The notes under the pieces were generated by a model that saw only the letters and a program-made list of their open reading frames with translations, made no database searches and had not been told where the DNA came from. The translations under genes were made by a program, and so were the position numbers. From the sequence record SRR20825006_2754: a stretch of DNA of 36,876 nt, one strand, 5' to 3'. Shown here in pieces: positions 27,387 through 36,876 of this stretch (position 1 is the first letter of the stretch; each line of letters starts with the position of its first letter).

Positions 27387-29068
27387 TGACCGGCTTTATC
27401 GAAAAACTGCATGATCCGCAAAACGCCGATACCGCCCTTTGCATCGAAGGCGACCGGCTGTTTTGCGTTGGCGATCTGCGTTCCGATATCGACCGTCTTT
27501 GCCCCACCCTATCCGCATCTTCGCGCATCGCCATCCATTGCCAGTCGGCCCGCTTGTTCCTGATCGCGATCACCGCCGCATGGCGCGCGGGCGCCACCGT
27601 GATTTTCCCCGCGACGGATCGGCCGGCCTATCTTGATGGCATTGCCGATCAGTTCGATCTCTATCTCGACGATACTGCAATCCTTGCAAAGCTCGCCAAA
27701 GGCAATGACGCGACGCTGTCAACCACACTGCCCGCCGCATCCGATTGCAGGGCGGTGTTCTTTACCTCCGGCTCGACCGGGGATGCCAAACCCATCGCCA
27801 AGACCCTCGCCCTGATCGAAGCCGAAATCACCATACAGGAACCACTTTGGCAGCCGCACATCCCTAATGGCGCGCGCATTGTCGGGCTGGTATCCCATCA
27901 GCATATCTATGGCCTGATTTTCCGCATCGTCTGGCCGGTGATCACGAGCCGTGTCTTTACCGCCGATCCCGCCCCCTATTGGGAAATGATGCAGGGCGAT
28001 ATCAATAATGGCGATGTCCTGATCACAAGCCCCGCGCACCTCAAAAACCTGCATCCCGATCTGGCCGGTGTGCCGCGCCCGTCCCTGATCTTCTCCTCGG
28101 GTGGCCCGCTTGACCTTGCCGCCGCGACCGAAACCACTGCCATGCTCGGCATCAGCCCGACCGAAATTTACGGCAGCACCGAAACCGGCGGCATCGCCCA
28201 TCGCCAACAGACCGGCGACAACTGCCCGTGGCATCCGCTGCCCGGTGTCGACATTGGTCTGAATGACGCCCGATGCCTTCGCGTGCGCGCCGCCCATATC
28301 GCGGGCGATGACTGGTATCAGACCGAAGACATCGCAAAGATCAATGACGCAACCGGCACCTTCACCCTGCATGGCCGGGCCGACCGGGTGGTCAAGGTCG
28401 AAGGCAAACGCATTTCGCTGGGTGCTGTTGAACGCCATCTGCGCCAAAGCGATATGATCGAAGACGCCATTGCGCTGATCCCTGATGAAAATGACCGCCG
28501 CCTTGGCGTGGTGGCCGTGCTGTCGCCTGCGGGTCGCGATATGCTGGCCGATATCGGGCGGTTTCGCATGGGCCGGCAATTGCGGCGTGAAATCGCCAAA
28601 TTCGAAGACGACGCTGCTTTACCGCAACGCTGGCGCTTTGTCGATCGGTTACCATCCGACAGTCAGGGCAAACGCCCGCTTCATTTGCTGCGTGCGCTTT
28701 TTGCCGATATGGAACCTGTGACACCTGAAATCGTTATACAAAATCGCGATGATGACCGCGTCAATCTGGCGCTGCGCCTGCCCAAGGATCTGCTTTATTT
28801 CCGGGGCCATTTCCCCGGCATGCCGATCCTGCCCGGCGTGGTCCAATTGCATTGGGCGGTGGATCAGGCCGCAACGCTTTTTGACGTACCGGTCACCATC
28901 GGCGAGGTGACACAACTGAAATATCGCAAACCGATTGCACCGGGGTCAAAACTGATGCTTGAACTTGATTGCAACCGGGAAAACAGAAAAATCAAATTCC
29001 GCTATCATTCCGACGCCGAAGGCGATCACAGCTCCGGTATTCTGAAATGGCGCGAGGCCCCCTCATGA
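27386..29068 (+). CDS. AMP-binding acyl/aryl-ACP synthetase fused to a hot-dog dehydratase (ApeH-ApeI fusion)
   Basis: FTSGSTGDAK, SHQHIYG, YGSTETGG, GRADRVVKVEGKR, QGK; C-terminal YFRGHFPGMPILPGVVQL. Confidence 0.88.
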   Translation: MTGFIEKLHDPQNADTALCIEGDRLFCVGDLRSDIDRLCPTLSASSRIAIHCQSARLFLIAITAAWRAGATVIFPATDRPAYLDGIADQFDLYLDDTAILAKLAKGNDATLSTTLPAASDCRAVFFTSGSTGDAKPIAKTLALIEAEITIQEPLWQPHIPNGARIVGLVSHQHIYGLIFRIVWPVITSRVFTADPAPYWEMMQGDINNGDVLITSPAHLKNLHPDLAGVPRPSLIFSSGGPLDLAAATETTAMLGISPTEIYGSTETGGIAHRQQTGDNCPWHPLPGVDIGLNDARCLRVRAAHIAGDDWYQTEDIAKINDATGTFTLHGRADRVVKVEGKRISLGAVERHLRQSDMIEDAIALIPDENDRRLGVVAVLSPAGRDMLADIGRFRMGRQLRREIAKFEDDAALPQRWRFVDRLPSDSQGKRPLHLLRALFADMEPVTPEIVIQNRDDDRVNLALRLPKDLLYFRGHFPGMPILPGVVQLHWAVDQAATLFDVPVTIGEVTQLKYRKPIAPGSKLMLELDCNRENRKIKFRYHSDAEGDHSSGILKWREAPS

Positions 29069-30786
29069 AAATCTGTGCCGTCATCCCGACCCATAACCAT
29101 CATGATGTACTTGGCGATGTGGTGGCGCGTCTGCGCGAATATGACCTTCCGGTGATCATTATTGATGACGGGTCAAACACGCAAACACACGATGTTGTCG
29201 CCGCCCTGCACGATCCCGAAAACGACATCACTTGCCTGCATCTGGACGAAAATGGCGGCAAGGGTGTGGCGGTAATGACCGGCCTTGCCATGGCCGAACG
29301 CGCCGGTTTCACCCACGCCATTCAGGTCGATGCCGATGGGCAGCATAACCTTGACCGGATCAAGGAAATGATCCGCATCGCACAAGAAGACCCAACGGCG
29401 CTTGTCACCGGCCTTCCGGTCTATGATGACAGCATCCCGCAAAAACGCCGTATCGGGCGCTGGATTTCCCATGTCTGGGTCTGGATCGAAACATTATCCA
29501 CCCACATCCGCGACAGCATGTGCGGCTTTCGCGTCTATCCCGTCTCCGAAAGCCTCGCGGTCTGGCGCGAAGAAGGCTGCGGCCATAAAATGGATTTCGA
29601 CACCGAACTGATGGTACGCCTTTACTGGCGCGGTGTTCCGGTCCATCACGTCCCGACCGAAGTCACCTACCCCGAAAACAACACGTCTAACTTCCGCATG
29701 TGGAAGGACAATGTCCTGATAAGCTGGATGCACACCCGGCTGTTCTTTGGCATGCTGGCCCGCCTGCCGGGATTTATTGCGCGTGGTGGCCATTTCGGGC
29801 AGAAACACCGCACTGGTATTGATGCCGAAAAACATCCCGAAACCATCGGAGCCCCCGCCAAACACTGGTCGGAAATTGACGAACGCGGCATTTACTGGGG
29901 CATCCGGTTCCTCGGCGCGGTTTATCGTTATGGCGGGCGTCGGCTGTGTCTGGTGGTGATGTTTCCGGTCATCACTTATTTCTTTGCCACCGGACGGGTC
30001 GCGCGCCGCGCATCGCAGGATTTCCTGTCGCGCGTTGCCGCCATCACTGGTCAACCCAAACCGGGCCTGCGTGACAGTTTCCGCCATTTCATGAATTTCG
30101 GCGAAAGTGCACTGGATAAAATCGCCGCATGGTCGGGCGAAATGAAGATTGATGATCTTGATCTGCCCAACCACGCCGACAGCCTGTTTTCCTATATCCC
30201 GCGTGATCAGGCCGTCATCCTGTTCGTGTCCCATTTCGGCAATATCGAACTGGTGCGTGCGATTGCCAGCCGCGACCGCGATTTTCGCGTCAATGTGCTG
30301 CTGCATCAAAAAAACGCCGCCCGCTTTGGCCGCGTCTTGCAAAAATTCGCCCCGCAAAGCCAAGTCGATCTGATCGAAGTCACCGATATCGGCCCCGATA
30401 CCGCGATGCTGCTGCGTGAAAAGGTCGAACGCGGTGAATGGGTCGTCATTGCCGCCGACCGCGTTGCCATTGGCGCACGCGATAAATCGGTGCGCGTCCC
30501 GTTTCTGGGTGATCCGGCTCCGTTCCCGCAGGGGCCGTTTGTTCTGGCCCATCTGCTGCAATGCCCGGTCTATATGGTTGCGGCATGGCGCAATGGGAAA
30601 CGCTTTGAAATCGTCTGGGAAAAACTGGCCGATCAAATCACCCTGCCGCGCGCCAACCGGATCGGTAAAATCACTGAATATGCCGGGCAATATGCCAACT
30701 GGCTTGAAAAGCTTGTTGTTACAAAACCGCTGCAATGGTTCAATTTCTATGACTTCTGGGCGAAGAAAAAGGACGAGAATGAATAA
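29065..30786 (+). CDS. apeJ: GT2 glycosyltransferase fused to an LpxL-like acyltransferase (ApeJ-like)
   Basis: VIPTHN, IIDDGS, NGGKG, QVDADGQH, DSMCGFRVYP; C-terminal SHFGNIE, AADR, PLQWFNFYDFW. Start moved to ATG 29065 (ATGA overlap). Confidence 0.88.
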   Translation: MKICAVIPTHNHHDVLGDVVARLREYDLPVIIIDDGSNTQTHDVVAALHDPENDITCLHLDENGGKGVAVMTGLAMAERAGFTHAIQVDADGQHNLDRIKEMIRIAQEDPTALVTGLPVYDDSIPQKRRIGRWISHVWVWIETLSTHIRDSMCGFRVYPVSESLAVWREEGCGHKMDFDTELMVRLYWRGVPVHHVPTEVTYPENNTSNFRMWKDNVLISWMHTRLFFGMLARLPGFIARGGHFGQKHRTGIDAEKHPETIGAPAKHWSEIDERGIYWGIRFLGAVYRYGGRRLCLVVMFPVITYFFATGRVARRASQDFLSRVAAITGQPKPGLRDSFRHFMNFGESALDKIAAWSGEMKIDDLDLPNHADSLFSYIPRDQAVILFVSHFGNIELVRAIASRDRDFRVNVLLHQKNAARFGRVLQKFAPQSQVDLIEVTDIGPDTAMLLREKVERGEWVVIAADRVAIGARDKSVRVPFLGDPAPFPQGPFVLAHLLQCPVYMVAAWRNGKRFEIVWEKLADQITLPRANRIGKITEYAGQYANWLEKLVVTKPLQWFNFYDFWAKKKDENE

Positions 30787-32341
30787 CAGCCGCACCACTG
30801 TGCAGTTTGGCGATGAAAACCTGCGCATCGAAGATATCGTTGCCCTTGCCGAACAGCGTGCCCTGCCCGTCCTGTCATCCGACCCGGAATTCACCACCCG
30901 CATTCAGGCCGGGGCCGATTTCCTTGATCGGGAATTGCGCGATCACGGCCATATTTACGGGGTCACCACCGGCTATGGCGATTCCGTATCGCGCCGCGTC
31001 CCGCCCGAACTGGTCGCCGAATTACCACTTCATCTCAGCCGGTTTCACGGTTGCGGCCTTGGCGATATCCTGCGCCCCGATCAGGCGCGCGCTGTCCTTG
31101 CGGTCCGGCTTGCATCCCTTTGCACCGGCTATTCCGGTGTCAGCCTTGATCTTCTGCGCCAGCTTGCAGGTCTTCTCGAACACGACATCACACCCCTGAT
31201 CCCCGAAGAAGGATCGGTCGGCGCCAGCGGCGATCTGACCCCGCTTTCCTACGTGGCCGCCGCCCTGATCGGCGAACGCGACGTGCTGTATCGCGGCCAG
31301 AAAATGACCGCATTGGATGCCCTTGCCACCTCCGGGTTAACGCCGTTAACGCTCCGCCCCAAGGAAGCCCTGGCGATCATGAATGGCACATCGGTCATGA
31401 CCGCGATGATGTGTCAGGCATTCGTGCGTGCGGATTACCTCTGCCGCCTGACCGCGCGCATCACAGCACTTGCCTCTATCGGGTTGCTGGGCAATCCCGC
31501 CCATTTTGACAAACGCCTGTTTGCCGCCAAACCCCATCCGGGGCAGGCCCGCATCGCCGCCTTTATCGAGGATGACCTTGCCGATCTCGGCACCAATTAT
31601 GCCCCGGCCCGGTTGCAGGATCGTTATTCGCTGCGCTGTGCGCCGCATGTCATCGGCGTTCTGGCCGACATGATGCCGACCTTCCGCGCAACGCTTGAAA
31701 CCGAACTCAATAGCGCCAATGACAACCCGCTGATCGATGTCGAAGGCGAAACCATCCTGCATGGCGGTCATTTTTATGGCGGGCATGTTGCCTTTGTCGC
31801 CGATGGCATGAAAACCCTGATCGCCAATCTCGCCGATCTGATGGACCGGCAAATGGCGCTTCTGGTCGATACCAAGTTCAATCATGGCCTGCCATCGAAC
31901 CTGTCGGGATCGGATGCGGATCGCGCCTCGATCAATCATGGGCTAAAGGCCGTGCAGATCGGCGTTTCCGCCTGGACGGCCGAGGCACTTAAAAACACCA
32001 TGCCCGCCAGCGTCTTTTCGCGTTCGACCGAATGCCACAATCAGGACAAGGTCAGCATGGGAACGATTGCCGCGCGTGATTGCCTGCGCATCCTGCAACT
32101 GACCGAACAGGTCGCGGCTGCCAACCTTATCGCCGTCAAACAGGCGATCACGCTGCGCCTTAAAAACGGTGACATCAAACCCGAACAACTTGGCAGTGAT
32201 ATCACCGCCTTCCTTGATGCGCTTGGCAACGACATCCCGTTTATCGCCGAAGACCAGCCGCTCGAATCAACCCTTCGCCTTCTGATCGACCGCATTCAAT
32301 CGCGCCACTGGGCGCTTTATGGCGGGGATCTGGCATCATGA
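30779..32341 (+). CDS. MIO-dependent aromatic amino acid ammonia-lyase (HAL/PAL/TAL family)
   Basis: IYGVTTGYG, GSVGASGDL (MIO), KEALAIMNGT, QDRYSLRC, NDNP, HNQDKVSMG. Start moved to ATG 30779. Confidence 0.92.
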   Translation: MNNSRTTVQFGDENLRIEDIVALAEQRALPVLSSDPEFTTRIQAGADFLDRELRDHGHIYGVTTGYGDSVSRRVPPELVAELPLHLSRFHGCGLGDILRPDQARAVLAVRLASLCTGYSGVSLDLLRQLAGLLEHDITPLIPEEGSVGASGDLTPLSYVAAALIGERDVLYRGQKMTALDALATSGLTPLTLRPKEALAIMNGTSVMTAMMCQAFVRADYLCRLTARITALASIGLLGNPAHFDKRLFAAKPHPGQARIAAFIEDDLADLGTNYAPARLQDRYSLRCAPHVIGVLADMMPTFRATLETELNSANDNPLIDVEGETILHGGHFYGGHVAFVADGMKTLIANLADLMDRQMALLVDTKFNHGLPSNLSGSDADRASINHGLKAVQIGVSAWTAEALKNTMPASVFSRSTECHNQDKVSMGTIAARDCLRILQLTEQVAAANLIAVKQAITLRLKNGDIKPEQLGSDITAFLDALGNDIPFIAEDQPLESTLRLLIDRIQSRHWALYGGDLAS

Positions 32342-32745
32342 TCAGCGCATCGGTCAGTGAAACCATCCAGTTCTATCACCTCGATCCGATGAATGTCGTC
32401 TGGCACGGCAATTACGTGCAATTCTTTGAAAATGCCCGCTGCGCGCTGCTGGATCAGATCGACTACAATTATCCGCAAATGGATGCGTCGGGCTATGTCT
32501 GGCCGGTGGTGGATATGCGGGTCAAATATGTCCGCCCCTGCACCTTCGGGCAGAACATCACGATCACCGCGACGCTCCGCGAATATGAAAACCGGCTTAA
32601 AATCGACTACCTCATCAGCGACACCAAAACCGGTCAAAAACTGACCAAGGGCTTCACCATTCAGGTCGCGGTCGAAAAATCCAGCGGCGAAATGCTTTAT
32701 CGCAGCCCCGATTTCTTCATCGCAAAGATGGAGGCCCTTGTTTGA
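32338..32745 (+). CDS. apeK: Hot-dog fold acyl-CoA thioesterase (ApeK-like)
   Basis: DPMNVVWHGNYVQFFENAR, WPVVD, ENRLKIDY. Confidence 0.88.
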   Translation: MISASVSETIQFYHLDPMNVVWHGNYVQFFENARCALLDQIDYNYPQMDASGYVWPVVDMRVKYVRPCTFGQNITITATLREYENRLKIDYLISDTKTGQKLTKGFTIQVAVEKSSGEMLYRSPDFFIAKMEALV

Positions 32746-33368
32746 TCCCGATCCGCCGCCTGATCGTATCCGTCGCCCTGCTGACTGCCAGCATGACCGG
32801 CACCGCACGGGCGGATGATATTCCGGCCCCGGCCAACATCGGCACCGAACAATATCTCGGCGGCTCCTTCACCATGGACCGCCATCTTGACGGCTTTGAA
32901 AAACCGCTCACCTCGAACGGCGATTTCGTCCTGTCCCCGGCACGCGGGCTGGTCTGGCGCACGTTGCAACCCTTCCCCGGCACCACGATCCTTGATGATC
33001 ACGGCATCACCCGGATCGATGATCAGGGCAACCGCGATGAACTCGCCCGCGGCGATCAGTTCCGCCAGTTTGTCGAACTGATTTCAGCCGTTCTTGCCGG
33101 AAACTGGCAACCGCTGGAGCAGCGTTTTGACATCACCAGGGACACAACCGAACAGGGCGCATGGCAGGTCATCCTGACGCCCAAGGACGGAAGCAATATC
33201 GCCCAACAGATCAGTAAAATCACCGCCGCCGGTACTGATTTTGTCGAAGCCGTCCGACTGGAAAAACCGACCGGCGACCATGATGCCATCACTCTTGCCG
33301 ATCAGGCATTGCAAAGCCTGCCGCTGCCGCCCGAATTTGCCGCCCTTCTGACCGGCGCGGATCAGTAA
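32742..33368 (+). CDS. apeL: LolA-like periplasmic carrier protein (ApeL-like)
   Basis: Signal peptide ending ARA-D; KPLTSNGDF...GLVWRTLQPFP; WQVILTPK. Confidence 0.8.
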   Translation: MIPIRRLIVSVALLTASMTGTARADDIPAPANIGTEQYLGGSFTMDRHLDGFEKPLTSNGDFVLSPARGLVWRTLQPFPGTTILDDHGITRIDDQGNRDELARGDQFRQFVELISAVLAGNWQPLEQRFDITRDTTEQGAWQVILTPKDGSNIAQQISKITAAGTDFVEAVRLEKPTGDHDAITLADQALQSLPLPPEFAALLTGADQ

Positions 33369-35698
33369 TGGCATTGCGCGCAACCCTCTGGGCCCTGTGC
33401 CTGATCGCGATGGCGGTTTTTGCCACTTGGCAATTGCGCGGCGGCCATACCGGGATCGATGCCGATATCCTGTCCCTGATCGGGCAGGAAAATGCCGACC
33501 AAAACGGGCCGCAAAGTGACATCGCCACGGTCCGTCATCTGCTGGCAAATGATGGTCGGCAGGTGATCTTCATGCTTTCGCACGCCAATCGCGACACGCT
33601 TGAAACCGCCGCCAATGATTTCGCGGGCCGGATCGCGGCCCTTGATGGCACGCAGGGCATCACCCTTCCCGGTCACAACAATGATCGATTTGCCGATCTG
33701 ATGGCGCTTTATGGCCCTCATGCCAACAGCCTGCTATCCCCGTCTGATCGCGAAAAGCTGGCAAATGGCAACGCCGAAGCGCTCTATCGCCGCGCCATCC
33801 AAAACCTCTATTCCCCGGCAACAACGCTCAGCAGCCAGTCGCTTAAACAGGACCCGTTTGCCCTGCTGCCAGCCTTCCTGTCCGACCTTGGCGCAAAGCT
33901 TGGCACCGGTAACGAGATCATCACCCGCGACGGGCAATTTTACCTGCCGGTGATGGCAAGCCTGTCACCCGATCTGCGAAGCTCCGGCAACGATCAACGC
34001 TGGGTCATGGATGCCAACGCTGCCTTGCAATCCATCACCGATGCCACATCCGGCCTGACCACCGCCAAAACCGGCCAAATCTTCTTTGCCGTGGCAGAAG
34101 CCACCCGCGCCCAATCCGATGTGCAACGCATCGCGATCATCGCGACCATCGGCATCCTTGTGATGATCGGGCTGGTGTTCTATTCACCCATCCCGCTTTT
34201 CGGTGCCCTTCTGGTCGTCGGCAGCGGCCTTTTGGCGGGGCTCGCCGCCGTGGTCGCGATCTTCCCCGCCATCCATGCGATTGCGCTGGTGTTTGGCGCG
34301 ACCATGATCGGCATTTCGGTCGATTATGCCCTGCATTACCTTGTGCTGCGCTCTGCCGCCGGATCCCCCACGGACCGGCTGCGTAAAATCAGACCGGGGC
34401 TAAGCCTTGGCCTTCTGACATCCATCATCGGCTTTGGCGCACTATCGCTCAGCCCCACCCAATTGCTCTCCCAGATCGCGGTTTATTCCATCGCCGGTCT
34501 GATCGCGGCCTATTGTTCGGTGCTGTTCCTGCTGCCCCTGATCCCGGCCAGCGATGTCCAGCCATCCTCGCCGATCCGCAAACTCCATGACGGCTTGCAA
34601 GCTGTACTTGGCAAAACATTTGCCCCGATCCGGGTACGACTGACCGCAAGTGCCGCCATCATCATCACCCTTGCCCTTGCGGCCTTCCTGATCCCCGGCA
34701 ATAACGATATCCGCCAGTTCGGTCACGGCAATGACGCCCTGATATCGGATGCCGGAAACATTGCAGATATCCTCGGCCTTGGCGGCAGCCCCGTCTTCCT
34801 CCGCATTGATGGCGGTGATCCCCAAACCCGCCTTGAAACCGGCGAAGCAGTACGGGGTGCCCTGACACCGCTGATCGCCGATAACCGCCTTGGCGGCATG
34901 ATCGGCCTGTCCGATCTGATCCCGTCCATCACCCGGCAGACCGAAAACCGCGATCTGGTCACGACCGGCCTTTATGATCGCTTTGGCCCGGCCCTGTCCG
35001 ATCAGTTGCCGGTCACTATCACCGCACCGGATAAGGATGCTGATTACCTCATCCCCGATGACAACGCGACAAGGACATTACCCGAAATCGCTCGCCTGCA
35101 TTCCGGCGGATCGGACATCATCCGGCTTCGCAACGCCACCGATATTGACGCCATCAGCAACGCCCTTGCCGATATCCAGAACGTCACCCTGATCAACCCG
35201 CCCACCGCGATCAGCGACCAGTTCGCCGCCTATCGCCTGTGGGCATGGATTGCCTTGGGCGGTGCGCTTTGTGTCGCCGCCATCCTTGCTGTTTTGCGTT
35301 ACGGGCTTCGCACCGGCATCTGCGTTTTTGCCGCCCCCGCCGGGGCGATCCTGTTTGCGGTGCTGGGCGGTTATGCCTTTGGCATCGCCCAAAGCTTCTT
35401 TACCACCATGGCGCTGTTTCTGGTCTTTGCCATCGGTGCGGATTACGTTCTGTTTCTGGCCGAAAGCCGCAACGGCCCCCATGATGACGACACGCGCCTT
35501 GCGGTGTTGCTGTCGCTGATCAGCAGCGTGCTTGCCTTTGGCCTTCTCGCCACATCATCCGTACCGCTGGTGCGCGATATCGGATCGGTGATTGCAATCG
35601 GCCTGATCGGGGCATGGTTCCTGGCCTTCTGGATGACCGCACCGACAGGCGATAAAAACAACGCGCAAACCCAAAAACAGCGGGGACAAAAACAGTGA
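33368..35698 (+). CDS. apeM: MMPL/RND-family exporter (ApeM-like)
   Basis: Two TM bundles with IGISVDYALH and AIGADYVLF; DPFALL; FGLLATSSVP. Confidence 0.88.
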   Translation: MALRATLWALCLIAMAVFATWQLRGGHTGIDADILSLIGQENADQNGPQSDIATVRHLLANDGRQVIFMLSHANRDTLETAANDFAGRIAALDGTQGITLPGHNNDRFADLMALYGPHANSLLSPSDREKLANGNAEALYRRAIQNLYSPATTLSSQSLKQDPFALLPAFLSDLGAKLGTGNEIITRDGQFYLPVMASLSPDLRSSGNDQRWVMDANAALQSITDATSGLTTAKTGQIFFAVAEATRAQSDVQRIAIIATIGILVMIGLVFYSPIPLFGALLVVGSGLLAGLAAVVAIFPAIHAIALVFGATMIGISVDYALHYLVLRSAAGSPTDRLRKIRPGLSLGLLTSIIGFGALSLSPTQLLSQIAVYSIAGLIAAYCSVLFLLPLIPASDVQPSSPIRKLHDGLQAVLGKTFAPIRVRLTASAAIIITLALAAFLIPGNNDIRQFGHGNDALISDAGNIADILGLGGSPVFLRIDGGDPQTRLETGEAVRGALTPLIADNRLGGMIGLSDLIPSITRQTENRDLVTTGLYDRFGPALSDQLPVTITAPDKDADYLIPDDNATRTLPEIARLHSGGSDIIRLRNATDIDAISNALADIQNVTLINPPTAISDQFAAYRLWAWIALGGALCVAAILAVLRYGLRTGICVFAAPAGAILFAVLGGYAFGIAQSFFTTMALFLVFAIGADYVLFLAESRNGPHDDDTRLAVLLSLISSVLAFGLLATSSVPLVRDIGSVIAIGLIGAWFLAFWMTAPTGDKNNAQTQKQRGQKQ

Positions 35699-36876
35699 AA
35701 CCCGATTGCGATATCGCCGTTATCGGTGCCGGGCCTGCCGGATCGGTCATTGCCAAATTCCTCCATGATGCCGGCATGGCCGTTACCGTGCTCGAAGCCG
35801 AAACCTTCCCGCGCTTCGTGATCGGCGAAAGCCTGCTGCCCAATTGCATGAATGTGCTCGAACGCGCCGGGCTTCTGGATGCCGTGACCGATGCCGGGTT
35901 CCAGTTCAAAAACGGTGCCGTCTTCGAATGCGGCCCCCAATATATGTCGATTGATTTTCGCCAGAATTTCGAACCATCCGATTGCTGGGGCACCACGTTT
36001 CAGGTTAAGCGCGCCCGCTTTGATCAGATTCTGGCAGGTGAGACCGCGCGCGCCGGGGTCGATATCCGCTTTGGCCACCGCGTCACATCCGCACAACTTG
36101 CCGATGGCGATTGCCGCCTTGGCTTCACCGATGAAAACGACAATCCGGGCGAACTGCGCGCCGGGTTCGTGGTCGACGCCAGCGGCTATGGCCGGGTTCT
36201 GCCCCGCATGCTCGGCCTTGCCCGGCCCGGCAAGTCGATTGAACGCCGCGCGTTATTCACCCATATGCGCGATCACATTACCGATCCCGGTTATGACCGC
36301 GAAAAAATCCTGATCACGGTGCATCCGACCCATCATGAAATCTGGTACTGGCTGATCCCGTTTTCCGATGGCACCGCGTCCATCGGCGCGATCTATCCCG
36401 ATAATGATCCGGCCTTTGTCGGCATGTCGGATCAGGACATTTTCAATAAGCTGATCAATGACACACGTCTCGGAAGCCTTCTGGCCAATGCCGAACCGAT
36501 CCGCGATCTCAATTCCATCGCCGGATATAGCGCGCAGTCGGAAAAACTTTTTGGCGATGGTTATGTGCTGCTCGGCAATTCGGCGGGCTTCCTTGATCCG
36601 GTCTTTTCATCGGGTGTCACCATCGCCCTGCATTCTGCCGAACTGGCCGCCAAGGCCCTGATCGCGCGTCATAATCGCAAGTCTGTTGACTGGAACCTGG
36701 ATTTCGCCGACCCGCTGTCAAAGGGGGTCGATACGTTCCGGGCTTACGTCGATGCATGGTATGATGGACGGTTACAGACGATTATTTTCAATCAGCCCGA
36801 TGACGATTCACAACTGAAACGTATGGTCGTTTCGATCCTTGCAGGTTATGCATGGAATATGGAAAACCCGCTGGTC
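35695..36876 (+). CDS. FAD-dependent oxidoreductase, flavin-dependent halogenase-like; 3' truncated and absent from the ORF track
   Basis: Hand translation from GTG 35695: IAVIGAGPAGS, FPRFVIGESLLP, GFQFKNGA (Lys72), VVDASGYG, WYWLIP (36343-36360), GFLDPVFSSGV, SILAGYAW; no stop seen before the window end. Confidence 0.88.
   Translation, partial: MKPDCDIAVIGAGPAGSVIAKFLHDAGMAVTVLEAETFPRFVIGESLLPNCMNVLERAGLLDAVTDAGFQFKNGAVFECGPQYMSIDFRQNFEPSDCWGTTFQVKRARFDQILAGETARAGVDIRFGHRVTSAQLADGDCRLGFTDENDNPGELRAGFVVDASGYGRVLPRMLGLARPGKSIERRALFTHMRDHITDPGYDREKILITVHPTHHEIWYWLIPFSDGTASIGAIYPDNDPAFVGMSDQDIFNKLINDTRLGSLLANAEPIRDLNSIAGYSAQSEKLFGDGYVLLGNSAGFLDPVFSSGVTIALHSAELAAKALIARHNRKSVDWNLDFADPLSKGVDTFRAYVDAWYDGRLQTIIFNQPDDDSQLKRMVVSILAGYAWNMENPLV

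Noticed and set aside
28969-29064. N-terminal extension of the glycosyltransferase ORF
   Set aside because: Lies inside the upstream gene; ATG 29065 gives an ATGA overlap and a typical GT2 start.
30416-30778. N-terminal extension of the ammonia-lyase ORF
   Set aside because: Overlaps the upstream gene in another frame; ATG 30779 has an RBS and gives a normal-length MIO enzyme.
29494-30903. 469 aa minus-strand ORF
   Set aside because: Antisense to the well-supported glycosyltransferase/acyltransferase gene; no motifs.
30779-32341. Histidine utilisation (hutH) annotation
   Set aside because: No other hut genes, embedded in an APE operon, and lacks the SH motif.
1-36876. CRISPR arrays, IS elements/integrases, tRNA/rRNA, defence systems
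   Set aside because: No repeat-spacer pattern, transposase/integrase motifs or RNA gene signatures seen; intergenic gaps are short.

Overview
GC-rich bacterial DNA; gene content suggests a marine alphaproteobacterium of the Thalassospira type (inference). The window has three blocks. (1) 1-9115 is the 3' end of an NRPS assembly line: T-C-A(Val-like code)-T-C on a gene running off the left edge, then a stand-alone A(N-MT inserted between motifs a2 and a3)-T-TE protein and a convergent PPTase. This matches, from recall, the end of the thalassospiramide (ttc) cluster. (2) 9215-24199 is a poorly explained accessory block. It holds a minus-strand operon (DUF697 / small membrane protein / SPFH-prohibitin / DUF697) and a divergent, translationally coupled operon (sensor-like membrane protein / sensor+HAMP-MFS fusion / orphan ABC substrate-binding protein / GNAT). 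It continues with an orphan TAXI protein, a diaminopropionate ammonia-lyase-like enzyme, two tandem cyclic-peptide ABC exporters, a type II thioesterase and a second PPTase. (3) 24341-end is an aryl polyene (APE) cluster with an MIO ammonia-lyase and a flavin-dependent halogenase-like gene running off the right edge. The best candidate for an undescribed system is block 2, especially the receptor-like MFS module and the DUF697/SPFH operon on the other side of the same divergent promoter region. No rRNA, tRNA, CRISPR array or mobile element was recognised. All family calls come from reading motifs by eye, not from database searches.
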